Assembly: GCA_030745695.1 (NCBI GenBank)
Contig: JASLOB010000022.1
Coordinates: 1-32,762, forward strand
Direction of reading: 5' to 3'
Source of the DNA: Candidatus Nanoarchaeia archaeon
GTDB taxonomy: Archaea; Nanobdellota; Nanobdellia; SCGC-AAA011-G17; JACPNG01
DNA length: 32,762 nt
The notes beneath the pieces were generated by a model, which saw only the letters and a list, made by a program, of their open reading frames with translations, was not told the origin of the DNA and did no database searches. Positions 9,636 through 19,086 of this stretch are shown here, one piece after another. Both the position numbers and the translations under genes were made by a program. Each line of letters starts with the position of its first letter. The first letter of the stretch is position 1.

Positions 9636-10409
9636 CTACTTTACATTAATCTCTAAAATAGCATAATTATCTATTTTAGTTCCTTTAAAGAAAATTTTTA
9701 CATTAGTTATTTCAATATTATCAAAAGTCTTAGTTTTCCCTTCTAACAACCTTTGTTTAAGATCTTCATCTATATCTAATAAAATAACATTCTCTTTCTC
9801 TTTAAGAATAGATCTTATTATTATCTGTTTTCCACCAATATTTAATACATCCTCAGTCTTAACTAAATAACTATTTGTTTCTAAACCAAATTCTTCTACT
9901 TTTATACTAATACTTACATCATCACCCACTCCAATAATAGTATCAATAAAAAGGCTTACGTCTCCTACAATATCTTGTGTTTTTGTTCCATAAATTGTTG
10001 TTAATTTTCCTCCAACATCAAATACTGCATTTAGATTTTCTCCCACATCTAAACTTATTAATTTTATTTCTACATTATTAAATTTAATAGTATCACCTAT
10101 AGATAATTGATAATTTCCTTCTTCTAATTTTTCTGTTTCTAACACAGGTTCTTGAATCTCTTCTTCAACTTCTGGTTCTTCAACAATTATCTCTTCAACC
10201 TCTAACTCTTCTAAAACCAGAGTCTCTTGAACTTTTATTTCATCTTTATCACAAATAGAATTATTACTTTTATCTAAACAACATTCTCCCTCTTTATATT
10301 CAAAATAAGGATCTTTACAAAAACTTGATTCTTTGATTACTGTCTCTTTAACACAAGCGCTAATAAATAATAAACTTAAAAGAAATAAAACAATTGTTAA
10401 TCTTTTCAT
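9636..10409 (-). CDS. Putative lipoprotein / surface protein with acidic linker
   Basis: Signal ending FISAC, CC-D...C motif, Glu-rich linker, repeated beta-rich units. Confidence 0.7.
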   Translation of the reverse strand: MKRLTIVLFLLSLLFISACVKETVIKESSFCKDPYFEYKEGECCLDKSNNSICDKDEIKVQETLVLEELEVEEIIVEEPEVEEEIQEPVLETEKLEEGNYQLSIGDTIKFNNVEIKLISLDVGENLNAVFDVGGKLTTIYGTKTQDIVGDVSLFIDTIIGVGDDVSISIKVEEFGLETNSYLVKTEDVLNIGGKQIIIRSILKEKENVILLDIDEDLKQRLLEGKTKTFDNIEITNVKIFFKGTKIDNYAILEINVK

Positions 10410-10497
10410 AATCTTTTAAAAATAATGTATTATATAAATATTTCCTATCATTCATAAATAAAAAAGGTTATAAATAGTTGAGATGCTAATTTAGATA

Positions 10498-11373
10498 ATG
10501 AGTCTAAAAGAGTTTTATTTTAAAAATTTAAAGAAATTAATTTTTGTCCCTATCATCCTAATTATTTTAAGTTTGTTTATAATATCTACTTTATATTTTA
10601 AGACAGGAGATTTTGTCTATAAAGATGTTACATTACAAGGAGGAATTAGTGCTACTCTCCAAACAACTAAAGAATTTCCGAATTTAGAAAAACAAATAGA
10701 ATCACAAACAAATAAAGATGTTATAGTTAGACAGTCTACTCAATTTGGAACAGACAAACAAGTAGGATTGATTATAGAAAGTTCAGATTTAACTAATGAT
10801 GAATTAAAACCAATTCTAGAAAAGATAACTGGAATAAAAATAACAAATGAAAATTATTCTATAGAAGAAACAGGTTCAACATTAGGACAAGCATTCTATA
10901 AACAAATGATCTCAGCTATTCTTATTGCTTTTATTTTGATGAGTATTGTAGTATTTATTATATATAGGGCATTAATTCCATCTATAGCCATTATATTAGC
11001 TGCATTTGCTGATATGGTAGTAACAATTGCGATAATAGATATAATAGGATTAAGAATCTCAACAGCAGGGATTGCTGCAATATTATTATTGATGGGTTAT
11101 TCTATAGACACAGATGTTCTTCTAACTACAAGAATGATAAAAAGAAGAGAAGAAAGTGTAGAAAATAGAATCTTAAAATCAATTAAAACAGGATTAACAA
11201 TGACTTTTACAACAATAGCTGCTTTGACAACAGGTTATTTTATTACAAATTCTTTTGTTATAAAAGAAATGTTTCTAATATTAATAATTGGATTAATAGT
11301 AGATATAATCATGACTTATTTACTTAACACAAATTTATTATTAAAACATGTAAGGAAAAAAGAATATGGCTAA
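10498..11373 (+). CDS. secF: Protein translocase subunit SecF
   Basis: DVTLQGG, GSTLG, GYSIDTDVLLTTR, 6 TM helices; overlaps secD. Confidence 0.93.
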   Translation: MSLKEFYFKNLKKLIFVPIILIILSLFIISTLYFKTGDFVYKDVTLQGGISATLQTTKEFPNLEKQIESQTNKDVIVRQSTQFGTDKQVGLIIESSDLTNDELKPILEKITGIKITNENYSIEETGSTLGQAFYKQMISAILIAFILMSIVVFIIYRALIPSIAIILAAFADMVVTIAIIDIIGLRISTAGIAAILLLMGYSIDTDVLLTTRMIKRREESVENRILKSIKTGLTMTFTTIAALTTGYFITNSFVIKEMFLILIIGLIVDIIMTYLLNTNLLLKHVRKKEYG

Positions 11374-13093
11374 AAAGATTTTCAATTTAAGAATTTGGAT
11401 ATTAGTAATGGCTTTGATCATTTCATTAATTGCTATAAATCCAAATCCTGGAGCTTCTGGAGTTGTGATAAGTGATGTAGAATTAGGGAGTTTAGAATCT
11501 TATCAAGGTCTTAGTAAAGGAGAAAAGATAGAATCTATCAATGACATTCCTATAAACACATTAGCAGAATATCAAAATATCATTTCAGAATATCAAACTC
11601 AAATAAAAGAAGTAAAACTTGAAACAAATGTTTCTATATATAGATATAATATAACAGAAGATATTGGTTTTATTCATGATGATCTTACTATTCTATCTGT
11701 ACAAAAACCAGAACTGAATAGAGGAGAGAAAATATTAAGTATAAATAACAAGAAAATTAAATCAAGTAATGATTTTGATGAAGTAATAGAAAATTTATTT
11801 CCTGGGAAAAATATTGATATAAAAACTTCCAAATCATTATATTCTTACTCTACAAATACCCAACCAAAAATATCTGTTTCTAAAGCTCAATCTACTAATA
11901 TAAAAAAAGGATTAGAATTAGAAGGAGGAACAAGAGCATTGATCAAGCCAATATCAGATAAACAGATATCTGATTTGGACATCCAAAATTTAATTGATGT
12001 TATGGAAAATAGATTAAATGTTTTTGGATTATCAGATATAAAAATAAGATCTGCTGATGTAGGAGATGAAAAATTAGTTTTAATTGAAATCTCAGGAGCG
12101 AATAGTGAAGAAGTAAAAAAGATAATCTCTAAACAAGGAAAATTCGAAGCAAAAATTGGAGAAGAAGTAGTTTTTGTTGGAGGCAATAAAGATATCCCAT
12201 TTGTTTGTAAAGATGATGGAACTTGTGCTACAGTAAGTTATTGTAATCAATTTAATGAACAACATCAATGTGCTTTTCAATTTGCCATAACATTAAGTCA
12301 GGAAGCAGCTAAAAGACATGCAGAAGTAACTAAAAATTTAAACATTATAACTGATGATTCTGGAGGACATCTAGATCAAGAATTAGATTTGTATCTAGAT
12401 GATATATTAGTTACTAGCTTACAAATCTCTCCAGATTTAAAAGGTGTTGAGACTAATCAAATTTCTATTAGTGGTCCAGGTTATGGATCAACTCAAAATC
12501 TAGCTATAGATGACACTTCAAAAAGAATGAATGAATTACAAACAGTTTTGATAACTGGATCATTACCATTTAAAATAGAAATTGCTAAACTAGATAATAT
12601 CTCCCCAATACTTGGAGATAATTTCATAAAAAATGCATTTTTAGTTGGATTCGTTGCATTATTAGCTGTCATTGTTGTTGTTTATATTAAATATAGAAGA
12701 ATTAAAATTTTGATTCCCATGTTAATAACTAGTTTAAGTGAATTGTTGATAATATTAGGAGTGGCTTCTTTAATTGAATGGAATCTTGATTTAGTTGCGA
12801 TTGCTGGAATAATAGCTGCAATTGGTACAGGTGTAGATCATCAAATAATAATAGCAGATGAAATTATTTCTGGAGAATCTCAAAATCTTAATTGGCCTGA
12901 AAGAATAAAAAGAGCTTTCTTTATTATAATGGGTGCATATGCAACTACAATAGCCACAATGATTCCATTGTGGTGGGCTGGTGCAGGATTAGTACGAGGA
13001 TTTGCTGTTATAACAATAATAGGAACTTCAATTGGAGTATTTATAACAAGACCAGCTTTTGCTTCTATAGCTGAAAAACTATTTAATAAATAA
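11366..13093 (+). CDS. secD: Protein translocase subunit SecD with PDZ-like insertion(s)
   Basis: KKGLELEGG, RLNVFGL, GSLP, ISPILG, IGTGVDHQIII, RGFA. Confidence 0.93.
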   Translation: MAKKIFNLRIWILVMALIISLIAINPNPGASGVVISDVELGSLESYQGLSKGEKIESINDIPINTLAEYQNIISEYQTQIKEVKLETNVSIYRYNITEDIGFIHDDLTILSVQKPELNRGEKILSINNKKIKSSNDFDEVIENLFPGKNIDIKTSKSLYSYSTNTQPKISVSKAQSTNIKKGLELEGGTRALIKPISDKQISDLDIQNLIDVMENRLNVFGLSDIKIRSADVGDEKLVLIEISGANSEEVKKIISKQGKFEAKIGEEVVFVGGNKDIPFVCKDDGTCATVSYCNQFNEQHQCAFQFAITLSQEAAKRHAEVTKNLNIITDDSGGHLDQELDLYLDDILVTSLQISPDLKGVETNQISISGPGYGSTQNLAIDDTSKRMNELQTVLITGSLPFKIEIAKLDNISPILGDNFIKNAFLVGFVALLAVIVVVYIKYRRIKILIPMLITSLSELLIILGVASLIEWNLDLVAIAGIIAAIGTGVDHQIIIADEIISGESQNLNWPERIKRAFFIIMGAYATTIATMIPLWWAGAGLVRGFAVITIIGTSIGVFITRPAFASIAEKLFNK

Positions 13094-13147
13094 TTTTAAC
13101 ATAACCTTTTTATAGTAGAGTAATATATATTTTAAATAGGTGATTTA

Positions 13148-13300
13148 ATGGCTCTTGAAGAACAAATAGTTTTAATTTTATACATTCTTTTAGGTGCAGT
13201 AGCTGGAATGATATATGCATTAAGAAGAATATTTATCCTAGAAAGAAGAATTTTAGAAATGGATCAAAAACTAGTTACAGCTTTAAAGAAAAAGCGTTAA
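13148..13300 (+). CDS. Small single-TM protein (50 aa)
   Basis: Manual translation MALEEQIVLILYILLGAVAGMIYALRRIFILERRILEMDQKLVTALKKKR*, with AGGTGA ribosome-binding site just upstream. Below the ORF-track cutoff. Confidence 0.8.
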   Translation: MALEEQIVLILYILLGAVAGMIYALRRIFILERRILEMDQKLVTALKKKR

Positions 13301-14265
13301 TTTATTTTTTGATGCCAATTCCAAGCATGTTCTATCATTTCATTAATATTAAATTGTTCTTTCCAACCAACTTCTTCTTTAAATCTTTTAGGATCAGCAA
13401 CTAACATTGGAGGATCCCCCTCTCTTTTTTTATCAATAACAACATTAATTTCTTTTTTTGTAATTTGTCTACATAAATCTATTACTTCTTTAACACTATA
13501 ACCTTGTCCTGTCCCTATATTATAAGATTTAGTTTGCATATTTTTTCCTAAATAATTTAAAGCATCTAAATGAGCTTTTGCTATATCAACAACATGAACA
13601 AAATCTCTTATACATGTTCCATCTTTTGTATCATAATCCTCTCCAAATATTTTTATATTATCTCTCTTGTTTAAAGCAACATCTAATACAATTGGGATTA
13701 AATGTGTTTCATCTTTATGTTTTTCCCCTATACTATTATCTAAAGAAGCTCCTGCAACATTAAAGTATCTTAATGATATAGACTTTAAATTATAAGCAGT
13801 ATCATAATATCTTAACACTCTTTCAAAAACCATTTTTGATTCTCCATAAGAGTTAATAGGATTTAATGTATGTTTTTCAATTATTGGAATCTCTTTAGGA
13901 ATACCATATACTGCACATGAAGATGAAAAAATAATTTTATTTACATTATTTTTAATCATAACATCTAATAGATTAAATCCATTAACTAAATTATTTTCAA
14001 AATATTTACTTGGATTCTCAAAAGATTCCCCTACAAGCGCATAGTTAGCAAAATGCATAACAATCTCTATTTTATGTTCTTCAAATAATTCATTAAGTTT
14101 TTTAGTATCTGATAAATCTCCTTGTATAAAAATAGCTTTTTCATCTACAAACTCTTTATTACCTAATTCAAGATTATCATATACTATAACTTCATGTTCT
14201 TTAACTAATTCTTTAACTGCATGACTTCCAATATACCCTGCTCCACCAGTAACGAGAATTTTCAT
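13297..14265 (-). CDS. galE: UDP-glucose 4-epimerase
   Basis: TGGAGYIGSH, FSSSCAVYG, YGESK, LRYFNVAGA, DGTCIRDFVHV. Confidence 0.95.
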   Translation of the reverse strand: MKILVTGGAGYIGSHAVKELVKEHEVIVYDNLELGNKEFVDEKAIFIQGDLSDTKKLNELFEEHKIEIVMHFANYALVGESFENPSKYFENNLVNGFNLLDVMIKNNVNKIIFSSSCAVYGIPKEIPIIEKHTLNPINSYGESKMVFERVLRYYDTAYNLKSISLRYFNVAGASLDNSIGEKHKDETHLIPIVLDVALNKRDNIKIFGEDYDTKDGTCIRDFVHVVDIAKAHLDALNYLGKNMQTKSYNIGTGQGYSVKEVIDLCRQITKKEINVVIDKKREGDPPMLVADPKRFKEEVGWKEQFNINEMIEHAWNWHQKIN

Positions 14266-14266
14266 T

Positions 14267-15124
14267 TTAATATGGATTTTCAGATGTTGCTCCTTTAATA
14301 TCTAACCAATCTCTATTTTTTCTAAATAATAGATTAGTATTCCATATTGCTTCAAGAAGTTCAACAGAAATATTTAATTCTTTCGCAAGAAAAGTTGAAG
14401 CAAGAAGATCTTTTGGAAAGCATTTACCCCCAACACCATAATCTCCATCAGGTCCTGGAACTTCAGTATTAGTCCCAATTCTTTCATCAAGTAAAATTTC
14501 TTTTCTTAAAGTAGAATAATCTATACCTTGTTCTTCACATATCTTACAAATCACATTAGCAACCATTATTTGTCCAGTTAAAGTAACATTTGCTGCATAT
14601 TTTATCATTTCAGCTGTTTTTCTATTAACAATAGAATAGTGTGCATTAGGAAATACAGGTTTGTATATCTCCATTAATAAATCCTCACTCCATTTATCTT
14701 CTACTCCTAAAACTACTCTATTTGTATTCTCCATATCATCTATTGCAGTTTTTTCTCTTAAAAATTCAGGGTTAACTGCAAATTTAAATGGGTATTCCTT
14801 ATCAAGTTTATCTGTAGAACCAGATACAGCAGTAGATTTTATAACAACAAGAAGACCAGAAGGATCTCTTTCTATCTCTTCTACTTTATCTTGTAAAGAT
14901 TGAAGAGAATTATGGATAGGAGAATAGTCTATCTCTCCACTTTCTTTCATAGGTGTAGGCACACAAATAAAAGTAGCTCTTGCCTCTTTAGCAATCACTT
15001 CTAAATGTCTAGAGGTATTATAAGGTGATTTAAATTTGTCATAAGGAAATACATTATGGGCTTTGTCTAATACATGTTTAGTTGCTCCACCTACAAATCC
15101 AACTCCTATTATTCCAACTTTCAT
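14267..15124 (-). CDS. UDP-glucose/GDP-mannose dehydrogenase family protein, short form lacking the C-terminal domain
   Basis: GVGFVG, ICVPTP, IKST, NPEFLRE, AEMIKYAAN, GGKCFPKD; only 285 aa. Confidence 0.87.
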   Translation of the reverse strand: MKVGIIGVGFVGGATKHVLDKAHNVFPYDKFKSPYNTSRHLEVIAKEARATFICVPTPMKESGEIDYSPIHNSLQSLQDKVEEIERDPSGLLVVIKSTAVSGSTDKLDKEYPFKFAVNPEFLREKTAIDDMENTNRVVLGVEDKWSEDLLMEIYKPVFPNAHYSIVNRKTAEMIKYAANVTLTGQIMVANVICKICEEQGIDYSTLRKEILLDERIGTNTEVPGPDGDYGVGGKCFPKDLLASTFLAKELNISVELLEAIWNTNLLFRKNRDWLDIKGATSENPY

Positions 15125-15178
15125 TGAAGTAGAAATTATAAATTACAATTTTTAAACTTATGTGAGATAAAAGAAATA

Positions 15179-15700
15179 TTATTCTCCTTCAAAATCTACT
15201 AGTTTATAGATAGAATGACCATTTAATTTGTCTCTTCCGTTTAAATCTGGAAGCTCAACAACGCATCCAAATTCAACTAATTTAGCCCCTCTTTTCTCTA
15301 TTAATTCTGTTGATGCTTTAGCTGTTCCTCCAGTTGCTAATAAATCATCTATTAAAATAACTCTATCTCCTTCCTTTAAAGCGTCTAGATGTATCTCTAA
15401 TTTATCTATTCCATACTCTAACTCATATTCAATAGAATCCACATTTGAAGGAAGTTTTCCAGGTTTTCTAATTGGAATAAAACCTTTATTTAATTTATGA
15501 GCTATTGCTCCACCTAAAATAAAACCTCTGCTTTCAATTCCAACAACATAATCAAAATTCTCATTTTTATACCTCTTAACAAATTGATCTATAACATAAT
15601 TAAAGCCAATAGGATTTTTTAGTAAAGTTGTAACGTCTCTAAACATAATTCCTTCTTTTGGAAAATTAGGAATGGTCCTTATCATAGATTTTATATCCAT
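15179..15700 (-). CDS. apt: Adenine phosphoribosyltransferase
   Basis: IPNFPKEGIMFRD, GIESRGF, RKPGKLP, LEYG, IDDLLATGGT. Start moved to ATG 15700 (MDIKS), directly after the upstream stop. Confidence 0.96.
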   Translation of the reverse strand: MDIKSMIRTIPNFPKEGIMFRDVTTLLKNPIGFNYVIDQFVKRYKNENFDYVVGIESRGFILGGAIAHKLNKGFIPIRKPGKLPSNVDSIEYELEYGIDKLEIHLDALKEGDRVILIDDLLATGGTAKASTELIEKRGAKLVEFGCVVELPDLNGRDKLNGHSIYKLVDFEGE

Positions 15701-15701
15701 T

Positions 15702-16721
15702 TTAACTTTTTCTATACTTCTCAGTCTCAAGATTATATATCTTAATTACTGCTACTAACACTCCCAATAAAACAGGACCTAATATCAATCCTATAAAACC
15801 AAATAATTTTAACCCCCCTAACACTCCCAATAATACAACTATAGGATGTATTCTTGTTCTAGCACTTATTAATTTAGGTCTTAAAATATTGTCTATTAAA
15901 CTTATTATCACTACTCCATATACTATTAATCCAATTCCATTAAAATAATCTCCACTAAATAATTTAACTAATGCTGCTGGAAACCAAACTATAGATGCTC
16001 CAAAATAAGGGAACATTGCAGTTATTGTCATTACTAATCCCCAAATTATAGGATTTTCAATTCTAAATATAAACAACCCTATAGTCCCAATAATCCCTTG
16101 TGCTATTGCTGCTACAATAACTCCATAAATTGTAGCTTGCATAAACTCATTAAATTTGTTTATTATCTTTTCACTATGATCTTTTTTTAATAGTAGATTT
16201 TCTTTAAATTTACCAACTAAACTTTCTCCTTCTTTAAACAAATAATACATTGTAAAAAATATTATGAATAAACTAATTGCTTTTTGAGGAATCGTTAAAG
16301 CAATATCAGATAATGATGTTAAAATAAAATTTAATCCTCTATTAACTATCTCTTTAAAATATAAATTTAAATCAATATTCTCCCCTAAAACTCCTGATAA
16401 CATAGTAGACAATTCTTTTATGTCTGCTTTCTTAAAAGTATGATATAATGTAACTGATTCATTTATCAATAAATTTGTTATGAAAGACAAAAAAATTAAA
16501 GTTACGATTGTTATTATTAATATTAAAATAAAAGATCTTAATGATTTATTCCTAATAATGTTTTCAGATTTGGCATATAAAGGATAGAATATATAAGTTA
16601 ATACAAAAGCAGTTAATATTGCTGTTATGAATGGTTGAACTAATACAAAAGAAACTATAATTATTGATGATACTACAATAAAAAGAAATAATTTATTGTA
16701 GTCTAAACTCAGATTCTTCAT
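15702..16721 (-). CDS. AI-2E family transporter
   Basis: AIAQG, PYFGASIVWFP, IDNILRPKLIS, HPIVVLLGVLGGLKLFGFIGLILGP. Confidence 0.92.
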   Translation of the reverse strand: MKNLSLDYNKLFLFIVVSSIIIVSFVLVQPFITAILTAFVLTYIFYPLYAKSENIIRNKSLRSFILILIITIVTLIFLSFITNLLINESVTLYHTFKKADIKELSTMLSGVLGENIDLNLYFKEIVNRGLNFILTSLSDIALTIPQKAISLFIIFFTMYYLFKEGESLVGKFKENLLLKKDHSEKIINKFNEFMQATIYGVIVAAIAQGIIGTIGLFIFRIENPIIWGLVMTITAMFPYFGASIVWFPAALVKLFSGDYFNGIGLIVYGVVIISLIDNILRPKLISARTRIHPIVVLLGVLGGLKLFGFIGLILGPVLLGVLVAVIKIYNLETEKYRKS

Positions 16722-16753
16722 AATAATCTTTTAAGTATATAAAATATTTAAGC

Positions 16754-17269
16754 TTAACTATTATCAATTATAAAATTAGCAGCATCTAACAAATCTTTAG
16801 TTATATAATCAGCTAATCTTTCCTTATTTTTGATTCCCAAAAATATGGTTCTACATCCAGCATTCTTTCCAGCCTCAACATCAGACAATTTATCTCCAAT
16901 CATCCAACTTTGTTTTAGACTTATGTTATGTTCTTTAGCACCTTTTAGAATATTTCCTGGATTTGGTTTCCTACAATCACAATTTTCTCCTGATTTATGT
17001 GGACAAAAGTAGATTCCTGTAAATTCTACTCCTTCATTCTTTAATTGAGAAACTAAATATTCTGTAAATCTATAATAATCTTCTTTTGTGAATACATTTC
17101 TTCCAATTCCCGATTGATTTGTTATAATTATTAGCTTATAATCTTTATCAATAAATAATTTTAATGCTTCAATAACATTTGGTCTTAATTCAAAGTCTTC
17201 TACTCTATAAACATCTATTTTATCTACATTTATTGTATCATCTCTATCAAGAAATATTGCTTTATTCAT
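16754..17269 (-). CDS. gmhB: D-glycero-D-manno-heptose 1,7-bisphosphate phosphatase (HAD)
   Basis: FLDRDDTIN, ITNQSGIGR, Zn motif CPH...CDCRKP, MIGDKLSD; adjacent to rfaE genes. Confidence 0.9.
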   Translation of the reverse strand: MNKAIFLDRDDTINVDKIDVYRVEDFELRPNVIEALKLFIDKDYKLIIITNQSGIGRNVFTKEDYYRFTEYLVSQLKNEGVEFTGIYFCPHKSGENCDCRKPNPGNILKGAKEHNISLKQSWMIGDKLSDVEAGKNAGCRTIFLGIKNKERLADYITKDLLDAANFIIDNS

Positions 17270-17753
17270 TTTTTATTTTCTCAATCAATTTTGAAGTAGA
17301 CATTCCTTCTTTTAGTTTTATGATATGTATTTTTCCACCATATTTTTTAACAATGGGAGACTCAATACAATCTTCTCCATATTCTGATCCATTAACATGA
17401 ATATTTGGCTTGATGGATTCAACAAATTTCAAACAATCTGTTTTATTAAATATTGTAACAAAATCAACACATTCAAATCCTGCTAACAACTTTGCTCTAT
17501 TTTTTTCATTGTTGTAGGGTCTTTTTTCAAAATCTTCATTATTCATTAATCTTTTCCATTCCCTAACTGAATCATCAGAATTAACTCCAACAATTAAAAT
17601 ATCTCCTTGTTTTTTAGCTTCTTCTAAAATATATAAATGTCCGATGTGTATGATATCAAAACTACCATTTATTGTAACTATAGTTTTTCCTTTAGCTTTT
17701 AATTCATCTACTAATTTAGAAATTTCTTCTCTAGACTTAATTTTACTTATCAT
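17262..17753 (-). CDS. rfaE2: Heptose-1-phosphate nucleotidyltransferase (HldE domain II / HldC)
   Basis: NGSFDIIHIGH, GVNSDDSV, RP, STSKLIEKI. Confidence 0.9.
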   Translation of the reverse strand: MISKIKSREEISKLVDELKAKGKTIVTINGSFDIIHIGHLYILEEAKKQGDILIVGVNSDDSVREWKRLMNNEDFEKRPYNNEKNRAKLLAGFECVDFVTIFNKTDCLKFVESIKPNIHVNGSEYGEDCIESPIVKKYGGKIHIIKLKEGMSTSKLIEKIKNE

Positions 17754-18714
17754 TTTTCATTGATTTTTCAATTTCAATAGTAGTTGCAGTTGATGTGCCA
17801 AATTTATTTACAACTATTCCTGCAGCATAATTTGCTAAGGTGATTGCCTCTTCCATATTTGCTCCAGAGGATAAAGCTAAAGTTAAGATAGATATCACTG
17901 TATCTCCTGCTCCAGAAACATCATAAACTTCTCTAGCTTTAGTTGGAAAATGTTTAACTTCATCACTAAAAAGGATCATTCCTCTTGGACCTCTTGTGAT
18001 CAATAAATCAGAATCAAATTTTTCTCTTAATTTATTTCCAACTTTATTAATATTATCTTCTTCTTTTCCAAAAACCTCTGCCATTTGACTTGCTTCTTCA
18101 TAATTTGGGGTGATTAAATTAACTCCTTTGTACAACTCTTTATTTTCAGGTTTAGGATCTACAACTAAATATTTATTTTTATCCTTGCATAATCTGATTA
18201 ATTCATCCATAACTTTTTTGTTGATTAATCCTTTTCCATAATCTGAAACTATTACAGAATCAATTTCTGGAACTATTTGTTTTATTTTTTTAATAGCTTC
18301 TTCTTCAATCTCTTCATTTATTGTATCCTTAACATCATAATCTATTCTCAATAATTGCTGATTATTTGCAACTACTCTTTCTTTTAGTATAGTTCTTCTA
18401 TTTGCATCTTTAATTAATAAATCTGTTCTAATTTTTCTAGAATTTAATTTGTTTAATAATATTTCAGCATGTGTATCTTCTCCTATGACTCCAATTATAG
18501 AAACTTTAACACCTAAACTAGCTAAATTATTAGCTGCATTAGCTGCACCTCCAGGAACATAATTTTCCCATCCTACATCTACTAGAGGAATAGGTGCTTC
18601 AGGAGAGACTCTAGAAACATCTCCAAAAACATATTTATCTAATATGATGTCTCCAACTACTAAAACTTTTTTTTCTTTAAATTTACTCATAATTTTAATT
18701 AAATTTTCTTTCAT
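17743..18714 (-). CDS. rfaE1: Heptose-7-phosphate kinase (HldE domain I / HldA)
   Basis: VVGDIILDKY, RVSPEAPIP, GGAANAA, SDYGKG, VDPK, DVSGAGDT. Confidence 0.93.
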   Translation of the reverse strand: MKENLIKIMSKFKEKKVLVVGDIILDKYVFGDVSRVSPEAPIPLVDVGWENYVPGGAANAANNLASLGVKVSIIGVIGEDTHAEILLNKLNSRKIRTDLLIKDANRRTILKERVVANNQQLLRIDYDVKDTINEEIEEEAIKKIKQIVPEIDSVIVSDYGKGLINKKVMDELIRLCKDKNKYLVVDPKPENKELYKGVNLITPNYEEASQMAEVFGKEEDNINKVGNKLREKFDSDLLITRGPRGMILFSDEVKHFPTKAREVYDVSGAGDTVISILTLALSSGANMEEAITLANYAAGIVVNKFGTSTATTIEIEKSMKNDK

Positions 18715-19058
18715 AATTCTAATTCATCTAAATTTATTTTTTCGCTCTCTGTTTTTCTATATGTATCTTCATCTTGATGTTGGGTTGAAAACTCAAATAT
18801 TTCAGAATTTTCTAATCCAGTAAATCTATGCCATTGTTCTGGAACTAAATGTTGTATATCTCCTTCTTGCATTATCCATTTTTTATCTTCTAATTCCATT
18901 AATACTCTTCCAGATTGGATGTAAAATGTTTCTTCTTTAATTTTATGTTTGTGCATACTCCCTCTAAATCCTTTTTTTAATATTAATTTTTTACCACAAT
19001 ACTTCTCATTATTTATAATCCAATGTTCTTCACCCCACATTTTAGGAACTATTTTCAT
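18711..19058 (-). CDS. Cupin-fold protein (mannose-6-phosphate-isomerase-like), first gene of the heptose operon
   Basis: PKMWGEE, metal motif SMHKHKIKEETFY, PEQWHRF, EFST; overlaps rfaE1 by 4 bp. Confidence 0.85.
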   Translation of the reverse strand: MKIVPKMWGEEHWIINNEKYCGKKLILKKGFRGSMHKHKIKEETFYIQSGRVLMELEDKKWIMQEGDIQHLVPEQWHRFTGLENSEIFEFSTQHQDEDTYRKTESEKINLDELEL

Positions 19059-19086
19059 GATATATCAAGTATAAAATATAGAATTT

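Noticed and set aside
15701-15730. Longer track starts for apt (15730), pdhC (24073), lipB (24818) and the thioredoxin (27800)
   Set aside because: The apt, pdhC and lipB extensions overlap neighbouring genes, and the thioredoxin extension covers its own RBS; downstream ATGs fit the RBS positions or the family N-termini better.
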